A DNA stretch of 64,000 nt, taken from Eledone cirrhosa. Taxonomy: Eukaryota. The number at the start of each line of letters is the position of its first letter. Within the stretch, counting starts at the first letter, position 1. This document shows, in pieces, positions 1 to 13,059 of this stretch. A program made the position numbers and the translations under genes. The stretch spans positions 363,134,001 through 363,198,000 of the forward strand of contig OZ024741.1 in the NCBI GenBank assembly GCA_964016885.1. The letters are read 5' to 3'. A model generated the notes under the pieces. That model was not told the origin of the DNA. It searched no databases and saw nothing but the letters and a program-made list of their open reading frames with translations.

Positions 1-511
1 CACTAGGATTTTCGAATAATTCTGAAAATAATAAAAATTTGGAGGGATTAGTAATATAAATAACTTTTAGTCGATGTTTGGAGCATAACTTCAGAAAAGT
101 TCTTACAAAAAATTATGGAAGGATTTGGGATAAATTTATAAAATAGTTTTGTGTCGAGAAACCAGAGGTAGTTTCTGGTGGTTTGGTATCCAAGAGGTTA
201 ATTAACACTTACTTATGTGAACTTATTTTTTACCAACATAAACTTTGGAAAGATTTGAAATCGTAATGAATGATTTGTAAAAAAAACCCTGAAAATGAAA
301 CTATCAGTCACCATACACCATACCTCTTGTGGGTTTTTACACATTAAAAGAAAATCAGAGTATAATATTTAAAAAAAACTGGCCTGAAAAGTTATTTACT
401 GTAAAAATACCTGGGATGTACAGTGACCAAAGTGATTCACAACAGAGTCTTTTGTTCTCAACTACAATAGTTCCATTTCCTGTTGAATTGTACAGTAGTA
501 CATGTCTTGTT

Positions 512-585
512 TTAAGAGTTCTTTGTTGCTTTATAGTCTAAATTTAAAAACCAGTATCCAGCTACCATGGCACTTGTAGACAAAC
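512..585 (-). CDS. ERG28: ERG28 terminal coding exon (spliced CDS 456 nt, 151 aa)
   Basis: Acceptor tttcccttttAG. Encodes (G)LSTSAMVAGYWFLNLDYKATKNS*. The four exons splice in frame. Confidence 0.88.
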
Positions 586-701
586 CTAAAAGGGAAATAA
601 AGTTGATGTATAAAGAAAAAAAAGGAAGAAATTAAATATTTTTATAAAGTCATTAAATTAAAGAATCAATATAAAATGACTAAATAAAAGTTAAGACTCA
701 C

Positions 702-820
702 CTGAAAAAAGCAGTTGTACCAGAATGCCCGTACCAGTGCCAGCAGTGTGAAACCAAAATAATTCTGAGAGGAAGTGTCCACTAGACATCAAGAATGAAG
801 CCAAAGTCATATGATAGAGC
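702..820 (-). CDS. ERG28: ERG28 coding exon 3 (119 nt)
   Basis: Acceptor ttttttAG, donor GTGAGT. Encodes LYHMTLASFLMSSGHFLSELFWFHTAGTGTGILVQLLFS, with the ERG28 GHFLSE motif. Phases fit the flanking exons. Confidence 0.93.
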
Positions 821-1383
821 CTAAAAAATATGATTTTGTTAGTTTTTTAATTTTGCCATGAGAAGAAAACAAGAAATTGAGTAAAACTGAGGTGGAAAGA
901 TATTGCACCCTTGATCCTTTGAATAAGATATAACAGGAACAATTACAATGTCTTCATCTTTTACCTTTACTGCTACAGAAAACCACCAAAGATAAATTTC
1001 AACATGAAATAAACAGATTTGTATCATAAAGCCAGAAGCAGCCTGGAATCAAATGTTTTAAGTCCTAAAGTTTAATATGCTCTACAATAACAATAGGAGG
1101 ATCAGTTCAAATGATGATTGAATGCTTCTTTCAATTAACTATACCTCTGTGTCATAGCTGTTAAAATTAATGCTATTTCTGAACCATAGGTGTGATGTCA
1201 TAAACATAACTGTAATAAAGTAGAGATATATAAACAAAGATATGGTACAATTATGATATCTCTCATAGGTCTGACATAGTAGCAATATATCTATGATTTA
1301 GGTGGTATATGGTAGTGATAGATGTGTTAAAATAGAGCAAATTAAATGTGACATTTTGACAAAATTAGAATTCATAAACTTAC

Positions 1384-1474
1384 ATGGAGTTAGAAAAGTC
1401 CAGAGAACAGCTAATTCTGAGGAATGCCGAAAGAAGGGACCAAACGCCAAATATACGAGCCAATAGAGGATTAA
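1384..1474 (-). CDS. ERG28: ERG28 coding exon 2 (91 nt)
   Basis: Acceptor tcttttcatttAG, donor GTAAGT. Encodes (V)NPLLARIFGVWSLLSAFLRISCSLDFSNS(M), matching human [31 protein letters not shown]. Confidence 0.93.
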
Positions 1475-2150
1475 CTAAATGAAAAGAAGAGTAAGACGTG
1501 GTCAGTAATGAAGAAATTCTAGAAGGAATTAATTAGACAACAAAATTTTCAATAAATTAGACAGTTATTCAGCATTGTTCAAGGAATAATGCTCTATTAT
1601 AAAAAGGTATAACTATGATACAAATAGTATAAACATTGTTTCTAATGTAATAAATTCATACAGAATAACCATGATTCTCATTCAACAAGATGGCAGCCAA
1701 TTCAGAGCATAAATTTTATGCAATGCCTGGCAATCTAGTATAAAGCGTGTGTGTGTTGGTGATTATAATGCATTTTAAAGAATTGGATGATCACAGTTCA
1801 AATATCTTTAAAAATAATGGATGGTCACAGTTTAAAAAAGGTGGCTGGTCATGGCTGGAACACCATTAAAAGAGATGGTAGGTGGTCACATTTGGAGAGG
1901 AAGAGGAGTTAAACACAACATTTTCCCCGAATCATGCATGTGTCTTGTAGATATTTCGTTTTAAGTGATAGATTAAAAGTATAACAAAATTGTGTGTGTT
2001 TTTATGTCATCTGATCAATATAAGAATGGTTGTAATAGATACTTCAAATGGTGCAAAGTTCTTTATAGACATATTTCTACACCTAGCTTTGATTCTCAAC
2101 ATCTTCCCTTTATAAACATTGCTAATGAGTTTTGGAAAAATAAGTTTTAA

Positions 2151-2735
2151 CCCTTTTGATGCCAACCTGCTGCTGGTTCTATGAAACAGAACTACTCGTT
2201 TTAAAAAGTTCCTATTTAAATTAAAATCATCCAACAAATTGTTACAAATAATACTGTAATGAAATAATTAATAATTTTAGAAAATCCTTTCAAATTCTTA
2301 ATTAATTTAAATACAGTGTATTACATCAATTTAACACCAAAATCTGATTTTTTAATGCCTTTTGCAGAATTCGCTCTTCCAAATATTCATACTGGACATC
2401 TGTCTCTCTCCTCATTTTTTCTATAGATCTCAAACATATGGATGTCAAAAGTAAACACTAATCTCACTAGTACAAGGTATTACTATTTCTATCTTGACTA
2501 AATTATTAACATTTTCATTACCATATTAATGTGTTTTGGTCAAATTTTGAAAATAATCAAGTTTTTGGAGGGATTTAGTAATATAACTGACTTTTTCATT
2601 ATTAAGCTAATGCTTGGAACATTATTCAATAAAAATTTCTTGCATAAAATTATGTTGGAAGGTTTTTACAATAAGTATGAACACTTTAAATGGGCAGTTT
2701 TGTATCAGAATAGTCTCAGGTAGGTTATCAAGAGT
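2151..2735. mobile_element. Old piggyBac-like (TTAA) MITE; related fragments at 1-205, ~8120-8545 and ~12005-12170
   Basis: Begins TTAA|CCCTTTTGATGCCAACC. The copy at 1-205 ends GGTTTGGTATCCAAGAGG|TTAA. Internal blocks are shared among copies. Confidence 0.5.
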
Positions 2736-4192
2736 TTTTTTTTTTATATCACTAAAATCTTATGTCATATCTGTGTAAGCAGTTTCTCTTACTTGTTCAA
2801 CGTTTACTTTGGAACCTTAGTCTTAGGTCTATATCCTTGCCACAGAGTTAACTCTTTCCATACATGAAAAAATCCCAACTGTGCTATTGGGTAAGGCTAT
2901 CTTTGTTAATAAGACTGTAAGATTATGTAATAATAATAAAAATAATATTGTTTTCTAATAATAATAAATTAATACATTTTTTTAAATAAAAAAATATTCT
3001 GAATCTCTAGGGTTTAAAACAAAAAATTCAAAGACCATTTTTTCTTTTTAATTAAAAAAAAAATGGTACAATAGAAAAAGAAGTTAGAGTAGGTTTTAAA
3101 AATTCCAGTCAAAAACGAATGTTCTGAAATCTTTATACTGTCTATTGTGACACAATCACTGATAATCATCAGATGGACCTAAAATATTTTCAACTCAAGG
3201 AACAGTTCTAGTCATTATTCTAATAGAAGAGAAATACCTTTTTTTTTTCAATCACATATTAATCATTCTTTTATGGTTTCGGTCATGCTAGAACAGTCTT
3301 GAAGTGATTTAGTCAAGCAAATCGACCTCAGTACTTAGGTTTTCCAGTCTGGAACTTATTTTATTGATCTCTTTTTGTCAAACCGTTAAGTTATGGGAAA
3401 TACACTCACATAAAATTGATTATATAGAGCCCCCGTTTGTGCATAGACCCAGAGATGTTATTAGAGGCTACTTCATATTATCTATTTGTGAGATTATCTC
3501 CCTTAGTATGCATTTCCGAGACATTCACCAACATAAAGGAACTGTCCAGTGACCAGGTCGCAAACAGTGCGACGAAAATCCTGACGCCAAGAAATAAATG
3601 TAAAGTGAATTTAACAGTTTTTGTTGCTCTTTCATTTTCTTTTTTTAATGGCTCAAGTTAGTTTCCCACTGTGTAATTAATACACAAACGACTTATTTAA
3701 AGTCACTTTCCAAACAAATATAAACTACGTTATTAAAAAAAGAGCACTATCTCAGCCATATACAGCGACGATACCTCGAGGTGCTAAAATAGCAGCTTAG
3801 TGACTGCTTTGAAATGGGAAAAACGCATTGGATAATGTAGTCCTAGATACGCAATGCCTAAGAAAATGGCGAGCACGCTAGTGTTCACAGCTGTGTACAG
3901 TCAGTGTTGATATCAAGCTAAACGCCAAAAAAAGACAAGCATGTACTTGAGGTGATGAAATGATACTACGGTTGTAATTGCGTTAGGACGTTGTCACATG
4001 GTGTGTATCGATATATATTTATATTAAAGTATTAAAAACAGATGGATCACTAACTTTTTTTCATGCTTTAACTAAATTCTTCTCTTAACTCCTATTTTGC
4101 ATGATATAAACATTGAGCAACCGCTTCTTTCCAAGGCTGGCAAATACATTCTATAAATTTGTCTCTCCTCTCCTTTGAGAATTGATTGTATA

Positions 4193-4253
<61 letters not shown>

Positions 4254-5503
4254 GGTGTTGGATGCTTAAAGCGTCCGTATTCAGTAGGCCGTTTGAGCAC
4301 TCGATGCTCTCAGAGCAGAGTATGATATCACAGAAAATCTGCTTCGTAGAATCAAGACGTATCTGAGGACCTTGCGATTTTCAGAATCAGGTTCGATCAT
4401 CACATCGATCGTGCCTCGAGCTGGTCGCCAGAGACACGATTGTAATATGTCCAATAAATTCCATTCGTCGCAACACTGATTCTCTTTTTTTCTGTGATAT
4501 ATATATATATGAATGGATTCAGTTTGAAACTGGTTAGAGTACTCTGGAAATTATATATAATAATTATTTATATAACTTGTTTAGTAAGGAAATGATTCGA
4601 GCATGGAAACCTAAAAATTGGTGACTAAAGAACCTGCTTGATGACAACAGACTGAAGACGTTAATATCAAGCGCTTTTACAGTAATCTTAAGATAGACAT
4701 CTGACGTTGATGTTTAGCCCTCTAGGTCAGTTCTGATCGAATAGACACGTTCCAGCTCTGAATATTCCAGTTTTGTCTTTTCACCTTTCCGAAATTCATA
4801 AACCAGTAATATATCAGGTCACTTTATGAATGAAAAAACACACTTTATAACATTTTATAATTTATAAAAAGCATTATTTGAAAAATACATTAACTATATG
4901 TTTAATAACTATGTATTTATGTATTGTATTGCTTTTATCGTTATGTATGCATGTTTATATATATGTCCGTGGATCTTATGTTTGTGTGATTATTCGTAAA
5001 TTTATATTTGATTATTGTTAGTTAACCGCAAATTAGATCTGATGCAGCAGGTATGAATAATGACATTCTTGCCGTGTCTGTCCACTCATTTTTCTTTTCA
5101 AACATGGTATATCTCGGACTACATTCCTTTTTTAAAGACAGTATGGTGTAATTTGAGGACAATTCGGCTGTTTTTTCCTAACAAGTCGAGTTACACCGAA
5201 GAGAAAGTCTCGTTCGTTTTGTATCTGATTGTAAAAGAAAATGCCTATGTATTTGTGATTATGTTAAAGCAGGTGTGTGTAAATATGTTACTATAGTTGT
5301 GTTTGTATGGATGTATGTGCATTTTGTTTTCTAGCATGTCGAGCCACAGTTTAACAGAGAGGCTCGCTCGTTTTGTGTGAGTAAATGTCTGTGTATATGT
5401 TTTAAGTAGATGTATGCAAATATGTTTGTGTGAATGTACGATTTTTATTTATCTTGTTTTTTCCGGGGTTTTTTTTTTTTTTTTTTTTTCTTGAGTCATT
5501 TAC

Positions 5504-5675
5504 CTGAGCCTGTTGAATTCGTATAGATGGATTTATGAAGAAATTTCATGTCGACGAACGACTGAATACCATTCGCAAATGAAATGAGGGACATCGCTCC
5601 CAACCATCCTCGCAGATAATTTAAATAGACTGACTGTGGCGGACAGCTCTGTTTCTGAGCGACAGTCGTCAACAT
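5504..5675 (-). CDS. ERG28: ERG28/C14orf1 homologue, coding exon 1 (an in-frame upstream ATG at 5729 is an alternative start)
   Basis: Translates MLTTVAQKQSCPPQSVYLNYLRGWLGAMSLISFANGIQSFVDMKFLHKSIYTNSTGS, matching the ERG28 N-terminus as recalled (human FLNVLRSWLVMVSIIAMGNTLQSFRDHTFLYEKLYT). GCCATG start context; phase-1 donor CAG|GTAAAT. Confidence 0.92.
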
Positions 5676-7804
5676 GGCAGTATGTTGACGTCTCAGGATG
5701 AGACTTTCAAATGGGAGTTTGGCTTCCATCTGTTATGTTTGGTTGAAATACTTCCACACACTCAGATTCACACCTATATCGTCTCTTGTTATCTTCAGTA
5801 AAAGAAGAGCGTGTAGCTTTTTTTTCCAGGTAAAGAAGCTAGCTTAGATATTTTTAACTAAAACATAAAGAGAAACTGCTTATATAGAGTTCCATTCATT
5901 TAATTTTACTTGTTTTATGGTATTTTCTTTGGTTCATTCATTTATTATTACTTCCGCCTCTTAATTATTCAGCAATATGTGTGTGCATGTGTGGAAAAAC
6001 ACATACCTGCATTTAAATAAAAGGAACATCTATCTATTAAACGTGAATACCTCCAAGTGATGGAGCGGCGGAAATAATTCCCCACTGGAAAAAGTTTTTG
6101 CTAAAATACCATAGGTAATAAGGGCATACATTAGTAATTCACAACCTTTTCACTACAAAGGACCCCTTTATTAAAATTCACTACAATTTGCATCCCACTA
6201 CCTGCCCTCAAGGTTGTTGTACGGCAAGAAAAGAGTGTATACTTAAAAAAAAGAGTGGTTTCACAATATCATGTACATATGTTTTTAACAAAGTACTTGA
6301 AATTTTGTACTTAGCTCACGGACCCTGCCACTACCACCTTCACGCTGGCGTATATGATCAACTGTCTTACAGACTTGTAGATTACTGGAACGACTCTCTT
6401 TCTTTCTCAGTACAAGTAGAGATAGTAGAGATAAGCTTAGTAGCTTATAGCTAAAAGAAAATGCGGTATCAATTGAGCTTGCTCCTCCTCCTACACCTCG
6501 TTAGACTGCAACCTGAGGAATTGGTTGACATGCACTGGGAAATAGAATCTATACAAATAATAAAAGCGTATCCTTCACTCTACCTAAACAGACTACGGGA
6601 TGTGTTTGGCTCTCGAGAAAAAAAAAAAAAAAATCGAAGATTGATTTTGAATCATCACGCTCCCCCACTATTATCATCATCACCCTTCCCAGTACGCCAC
6701 CACTACCCCTATCACCATTATCTCCATCCTGTTACCACCACCACTGTGATCATCATTCCCCAACATTACTACTACCACTATCATCATCATCTTTGCCATC
6801 ATCACCGTGAGGGAGCTTCTAAATGGTTGCGACATTCTAAAAATAGTAGCCAAACTCCCCATATATCACACCCTACCATCTTAAATAAATAAAGATACAT
6901 TGGACAATGATATAAAAATTGACAATATGGTTATGGCTGATTTACTAAGGAGGTTGACCTGGGGTTAACCAATAACTATCATCATCATTTTGTTGAACTC
7001 AGTATTATTTAGAGTTATCATGGTTGACTGAGTCACAAGAATTGTGCTTACTCAAGACAGTCAACGCTTCAGATTTCTTTATTGAGCGAAGACACTATCC
7101 AATCCAGTTAGTTATAAACTGGAACCATAGGTAGACACATTTAGCCACTATAAGACACAAGTTGTATACTCTAATCCATTGGCATACACTTTGTATCCTG
7201 AAATACACTAGTATACAATAAATCGACCTCTGTTGGCTTTGACATTGTGTTTCAGTTGTTTGATCAATAGAACAGCCTACTCTTTAAACAAACTTGTATA
7301 TGGATGGATATTCCATAGACATATGTACTCTTAACATAATTCTCAGGAAGAATCAACTTAACATTGTGTGACAAGGCTGACTGTTTCAATTACAGGTACA
7401 GTCCATCAAATGAGCTGCCAAACAGTTTCAATCTATCAATTTTACTCACAAAACTTGACTTGGCCTGAAGCTATGGTAAAAGACACTTGCCTAAGATGAC
7501 ATAGAGTTTGACTGTACCTGAAACCTTATGATTATGAAGTGAACTTATTTATTATTAGATCTTGCTGCATTCACAGGTCATATCCAGTAACATACTGCCA
7601 TCATTTCAATGGGAAAAAAGTACCTTTCAAAACTACAAGTCTGAAAAACTGAATTTACCCCAGCACCTACAAATAAAAGGTAGGGGATAAAAAGGGCATT
7701 TTTCATTGAGAAATCTTGATGATAACACAGGTTAACTAGATTGATCAAGTTGGTCTCTACTTGTTGAGGACTTTTGATATGAAGGAGCTAGAATTCCTTT
7801 AGTA

Positions 7805-7915
7805 CAGGCATGGGCAATTTTGAACAGTGGGCTGCACTACTAAAAATATTCAAAGTAATTTTTCATTAGGAATACCATTCAGAAAGCTGAATAGCCTGTG
7901 GTTTGCCCATGACTG
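7805..7915. mobile_element. hAT-type MITE
   Basis: TIRs CAGGCATGGGCAA / TTGCCCATGACTG; near-perfect 8-bp TSD ctttagta / ctttagaa. Confidence 0.75.
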
Positions 7916-8296
7916 CTTTAGAACTTGGCTGGAAGGTCAACATACCACATGGTCCTTGGGGGACTTTAGCAGAGTTCAATCTGTTGTATGTATTCACACC
8001 TCCCTCCCAACCTACATTACTGACTTGTTTTGGCTGGGCACTATTCTCACCAGTTTGGGAGAGACTGCAAATATCATGGGGCTGTACCTCCTCTCTTGAT
8101 AACTCATATACATATTAAAAGAAATATTACAGTATTTCTAATGATTTTGATTAATTTTGAAAAAAATGAAGAATTCACGGGAATTTAATTGTATAACTCA
8201 ACTTTTTCATTATCAGGCTGATGTTTGAAACACTTAACAAAAAATTCTTACATAAAATTATGATAGGAGGTTTTAGTATAAATATGCACACCTTAA

Positions 8297-8483
8297 CCCT
8301 TTAGCATTCACATTACTCTATATATACTATTATATTTTCATGGTAAAGGCTTTACCTCACATAATATCGAATCTATGAGATTTTGAAAGTATTTATTTTG
8401 AGAACAATACCTTAACATCAGTTTGAGCGACCAGTTTCAACAGAAAGAGGTAGAGAATTCTGGCCGGTTTGAACATTAAAGGG
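8297..8483. mobile_element. piggyBac-like MITE nested in an older MITE
   Basis: TTAA TSD on both sides; imperfect TIRs CCCTTTAGCATTCA / TGAACATTAAAGGG. Confidence 0.65.
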
Positions 8484-8935
8484 TTAAACCAAACAGTTTT
8501 ATATAAAAGATAGTTTCAGGTGGATTAGTAACAAAAGAATTAAATGCAGTGGGTATATATTATGGATTATTGGATTATGAAAGATCTGAATGCCACCCTA
8601 TAATTTCAATGTTGTTGTTAACCACAAGTCAGTACTAATCCAGGAAACCTATGATATAAGACATGCTAGCCATGATATAGTCAGTACTGGATTTAGACAT
8701 GAGCAAAACAAACTACAGTTTAGGGGCTGAAAATCTGCAAGGGCCTCAAAATATTTAAAAGACAATTTTGTTACACAATTCTGGGGTAATTTCATATCCA
8801 TTCACTGACACTGACTTAATAGTCAACTCAATAGAAAGACCCTCAACTTTTCTTCATGGCAAAACTACACAGACAGACCTTCACTACTCTGTATCTATTG
8901 TTTTATCTGAATACTAATACACTTTCCTGTAAACA

Positions 8936-9135
8936 GTTGTTGTTGTTTAGCCTCAGGTCACCCATGATCAAGCAGACCTATGATGAAAGGCATTCCATCT
9001 CTGCCGTGTCATTTTATAGTTATCTAAAACTACATTATCTAATGTGTCCATCCTTTTTAAAAATGATATTGTGTGAATTGAGAGAGATTTGACCAGTTTC
9101 TAACAGGTCAAGTTACTGTGTGGAGGCTCTCTCAT
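8936..9135 (-). mobile_element. Old SINE-like interspersed repeat with (AAC)n tail; degraded relatives near 1770-1920, 3780-3930, 4705-4760, 6830-6980, 8610-8680 and 17940-18100
   Basis: Recurring motif ttgttgtttagcc-caggtca-ccctgatc-agcagacctatgat-aaagg-attcca at several loci in both orientations. Confidence 0.55.
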
Positions 9136-9685
9136 TGCCTTGAGCTATGTTAATACTGTTTGTGTCAGCCTGAATCAGTTAAATTAGAAATAAACAAAAG
9201 AGGTGAATGCTGATGTGATATGAAGTAGATAAATACTAATATCTTGGGTGGAACCCTTCATTGAAGTAGAGAGAAAATGTCAGAAATCAATATTTACAGT
9301 TATAAATATTAATTTGTTACATTGGAAGGGGGTCAGAAATTTGTGGAAGATGGGTACTTATGCTATTGACCCCAGAAAGATGAAAGGCAATATTGTCTCA
9401 AGTTTGAACATGGAATGTAGAGGAGCAAATCTAAATACTTGTAAGTAATTTAGTTCATTGTTTAAATTTTTTTGAGCTGTTCCTATCCCACCACCTTTTC
9501 AGACATTGTACATTAAGAACTACATTAGCTAATATGCTATTCTTTTTTTAAGGTGGTTGGATGAGTGAGATTTGGCTGTTATTTCTAAGAGATTGAGGGA
9601 TGGCATGGATGCAGCAAAGTATTATGCACATATGTAGCATACAATCTACCCTTCTCTTGGAGAAACAATTCTTTTATTGCCAACG

Positions 9686-9780
9686 GAGGTAATAGCTCAC
9701 TGACCTTCTTTCACCACGAGGTAATAGCTCACTGATCTTCTTTCACCACGAGGTAATAGCTCACTGACCTTCTTTCACCA
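9686..9780. repeat. 32-bp tandem repeat, 3 copies
   Basis: Unit GAGGTAATAGCTCACTGA(C/T)CTTCTTTCACCAC read directly. Confidence 0.95.
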
Positions 9781-10071
9781 TTTTCTTATTCTAGCTACTA
9801 CAGTTTCTGAACAACCTCCCCCACTGCTAATTAGGTCTTTTAGGTAACAGAAGCTATAAGCTACTTGTATGAAATCTTCCTTTAATTGGAGATAGTTTAT
9901 CACTAGTGCTCTAACTACTAACTGTCTCTGTGCATTTGCCACATACAAATCTATCTTTTCTGTTATCTTGCTTGCAAAATTTTACATTAAGTACATCATA
10001 TGGAATTCCTATAGTAAACAATATATATTATCATAAGCATCAGCATTATACAGCCACTTTATGAATATATA

Positions 10072-11600
10072 TCATCTTCTTCTGACTCTTGTATGATGAG
10101 GCCGGGGTCAACCTAAGCCAGCAATCTCAGAAGCATCATCGTGCGTAGAGCCAACCAGGTTCACCAGCACCCTCCATTCCTGGCAGTCCCATGCCAACTC
10201 CTCTGCATCATCCAAGGTGATGTCAAGCCTCTGGAGATCTTCCCTGATGACTTTCAGTCATTTGGTGCGGGGCCTGTTATGTGCCCTCTTCCAGTCTGTA
10301 GCCACTATATCAAACAAGAGTAAGGCTCTGGTAGGATGATCTGGTGAAAAGTGGAAGACATTTCCACATCAGTGCATAAGGTGGGAAGCTGTAGGCTGAT
10401 CCATTCGTGTACACAACACTTGATGTTTTTCATGGTCCTCAGGGTTCTGCTATTGAAGCTGTCAATCCTCTATGCCAGGGTCTTTGTGGGGGGCATACAT
10501 TTCTACTAGATTGAGCAGTGACATCAAAGAGGCTTCCATAGGGAGTGCATGACCTTGGCAGCCAGGCCACATCTGTGATTGATGTCCAGGGTTAGGTCTC
10601 CATTGTATAACAGTTGAGCCCAGGTAAATGAAGGAGCTGACAAACTCCATGCCGTTGGGGCCAATATGAAGCAGAGGAGGATCTGGGCCATTGCCGACAT
10701 GCATCAGCTTTGTCTTTGCCCAGATTACCTGAAGGCCAAGCTTTGCTGATTCCTCCCAGTATATGGTCAGTGCGTCTCTGAGCTGATTGATTGAGTTGCT
10801 GAATAGGGTGATGTCATCTACGTACTCCAGGTCTGTTAGGTGGTAATTCTGGAAAGTAACACCAGAAACTCGCTCGCAGGCCTTGGTAATGAGATAGTCA
10901 ATGACGCAGTTGAAGAGGTTGGGGGCATCCACTCAGCCCTGTCTGACCCTACTGTTGATGGGGAACCAGTTGGAGTCCTTCTCATTCACCTGCATGCAGC
11001 TCTCAGTACTACTATAGAGCCATTGGAACAGGGTGGTGATCTTGGGAGGAGTGCCGACAAACTGGAAAATTTTCCAGAGGGATGCGTGGTCAATTGTGCC
11101 GAAAGATGCCTTGAGGTCAACAAAGGCAATGTAAATCTACAGAACTCCCAAGATTTTTTGGTGGTGGACCAATTAGGCTTGAATCCGGCTTGTGAGTGAT
11201 GTTCGCTTCTGATGGTGGGAAGAACTCGATTGAGGAGGATCTTGGTGAAGACCATGCTTGGAGTGGAGAGAAGATGCTCCTGTGGTGCTGCAGACGAGTT
11301 TGTCACCCTTCCATTTCCAGAAGGGGAGAATAATGCCTGGGATCCAGTCATTTGAGAGCTGCTCTGACACCCATACATGGTTGATGATATGAGTGAGCCT
11401 CTGGATCATGTTACCTCCGCCCACCTTCAACATCTCTGCGATGATAGTGCTGATTCCAAGGGCTTTGTGGATTTTGAGCTTCTTCGGGAGTGACAGGATC
11501 GAGTCTGCAAGAGTTGTTGGCTGCAGCTGTGTCTGTGGTAATAGTTAGGCAGAGATCGATTGAAGTGCTCCTTCCAGCATTTGAGGCAGGTGGTTTCAGT
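10072..11600 (-). mobile_element. Decayed RTE-like LINE (RT region, many frameshifts)
   Basis: Fragments GIILPFWKWKGDK, QAGFKP, APNLFNCVID, LTDLEYVDDITL (YxDD), AKTKLM, FIYLGS. Confidence 0.85.
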
Positions 11601-12454
11601 GGAGAATATATATATATATAACTGGGCATAGGTCATGGAGTACGAGACATGGCTTTGGGCATCAAAGGAACTCTTGACAATGTCTGGCACAATGGATTCT
11701 ATACTACTAAACTGAAATCCAAGGGATTACGTTGGAAACTGTTATGATGATAGTGAAGTTACCATATCAGGAGATCCATCAAAGTTACCCTTAAAGTAGA
11801 GTGTTGGAGCTACAATCATAGGTTGTGGGTTTAATTTCTGGACTGGGTGGCACAGTGTTTTCTTGAGCAAGAATCTTTATTTCACATTGCTTTTCATGGT
11901 ATAACTGGGTCCTCTATCATTAAAAAACACCTGTGAGATACAAACATAGATGAGAGTTGTAACAATTATGTTTTTTATTTACACTCTGATCCATTACTCA
12001 TAAAAAACTTTTTGATACCAAACCACATGAAACTACTTCTGGTTTTAAAATGTTTATATTTATCTAAAAACGTACCATCATAATTTTATGTAAGATCCGT
12101 TGTTAAGTTATGAAAGCATCAACTTAATAATGAGAAAATTAGTTATAGAACATTTAAATACCTCAGTATTTGTTCAAATCCCGGTGAGGTCAACAGCCTT
12201 TCATCTATTTAGGGTCAATGAATAAAGTCCAGGAGCGGAATTGTTCAAGAGTTGGACATGATGTCTTGCGGTATCTAATCTATCTCTGTGTATTCTAATT
12301 TCAAATCCTGTTTCCTTCAACTAGGAGTTGGTATCAACAAAGGAAAGACCATTGAAAACATTGCTTTCTTGGGCCAATCTGACAACTGGTTCCTTTTTTT
12401 TTTTTTGAAGCATTGATTTTTAGCTAAACTGCATGGGATACTAGAATAGAAGAT

Positions 12455-12620
12455 AGGGTTATTTTCTAAGTCTTTTAGTAGTTTCTTGATTTCTTCTTGT
12501 GTGTCCATCACAAAAAATATGTCATTTATGTACATACTGTACAATTGTGGGGCTGTATTTTGATGTGACTTTATTTTCTATGTTGGCCATGCAAAGCATT
12601 GAGGTGGATAAATGGTAGAC
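12455..12620 (-). mobile_element. Decayed Penelope-like RT fragment
   Basis: MANIENKV followed by YSMYINDIFFVM...EEIKKL, a degenerate RYIDDIF motif typical of PLE RT. Confidence 0.5.
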
Positions 12621-13059
12621 CTCTTAATAATGTTGAATAGAATACCTGGTGGTATTTGTTCTGGTTCTCTGCACTCTGAATTTAAATCCCACCAAAGTCA
12701 ACTTTGCCTTTCATCCTCTCAACATCAATAAATAAAGTATAACCCCAGTATTGGAGTCAATTCTTTCACTGCCTCTCTTCTTTTCTTTTTCCATGGGAGA
12801 TATCAGCTGTGTTCAAACCAGAAGGGTGACTTTCGCTAGGTTGAAAATACACAATACTCCACCAGGAGTTCATTCCTTATGAATGTATTGGTGTAGAACA
12901 TTACAAATCTGACTCAGAGCAGGAAATCCATTACAATTCCATCCTTCTAAGTGTCAACAATGAAAGGAAATCTTGGTTGCAAAAGACTGTAATATTTTCT
13001 GAAGGATATTTGCTGGTATAATGGAAGGCATGCCAAAGAACTGAGTGGACTCCCCAGTT

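Noticed and set aside
2425-2480. Minus-strand VRLVFTFDIH resembling ERG28 exon 2
   Set aside because: The true exon 2, with correct splice sites and phase, is at 1384-1474; this match lies within a MITE.
5760-5835. Possible divergent plus-strand exon ending CAG|GTAAAG
   Set aside because: No ORF or downstream exon supports it.
6461-6892. His-rich 143-aa ORF
   Set aside because: Decayed (CAC/CAT)n low-complexity sequence next to a SINE remnant.
9686-9780. 32-bp repeats as a CRISPR array
   Set aside because: No spacers, eukaryotic context; simple tandem triplication.
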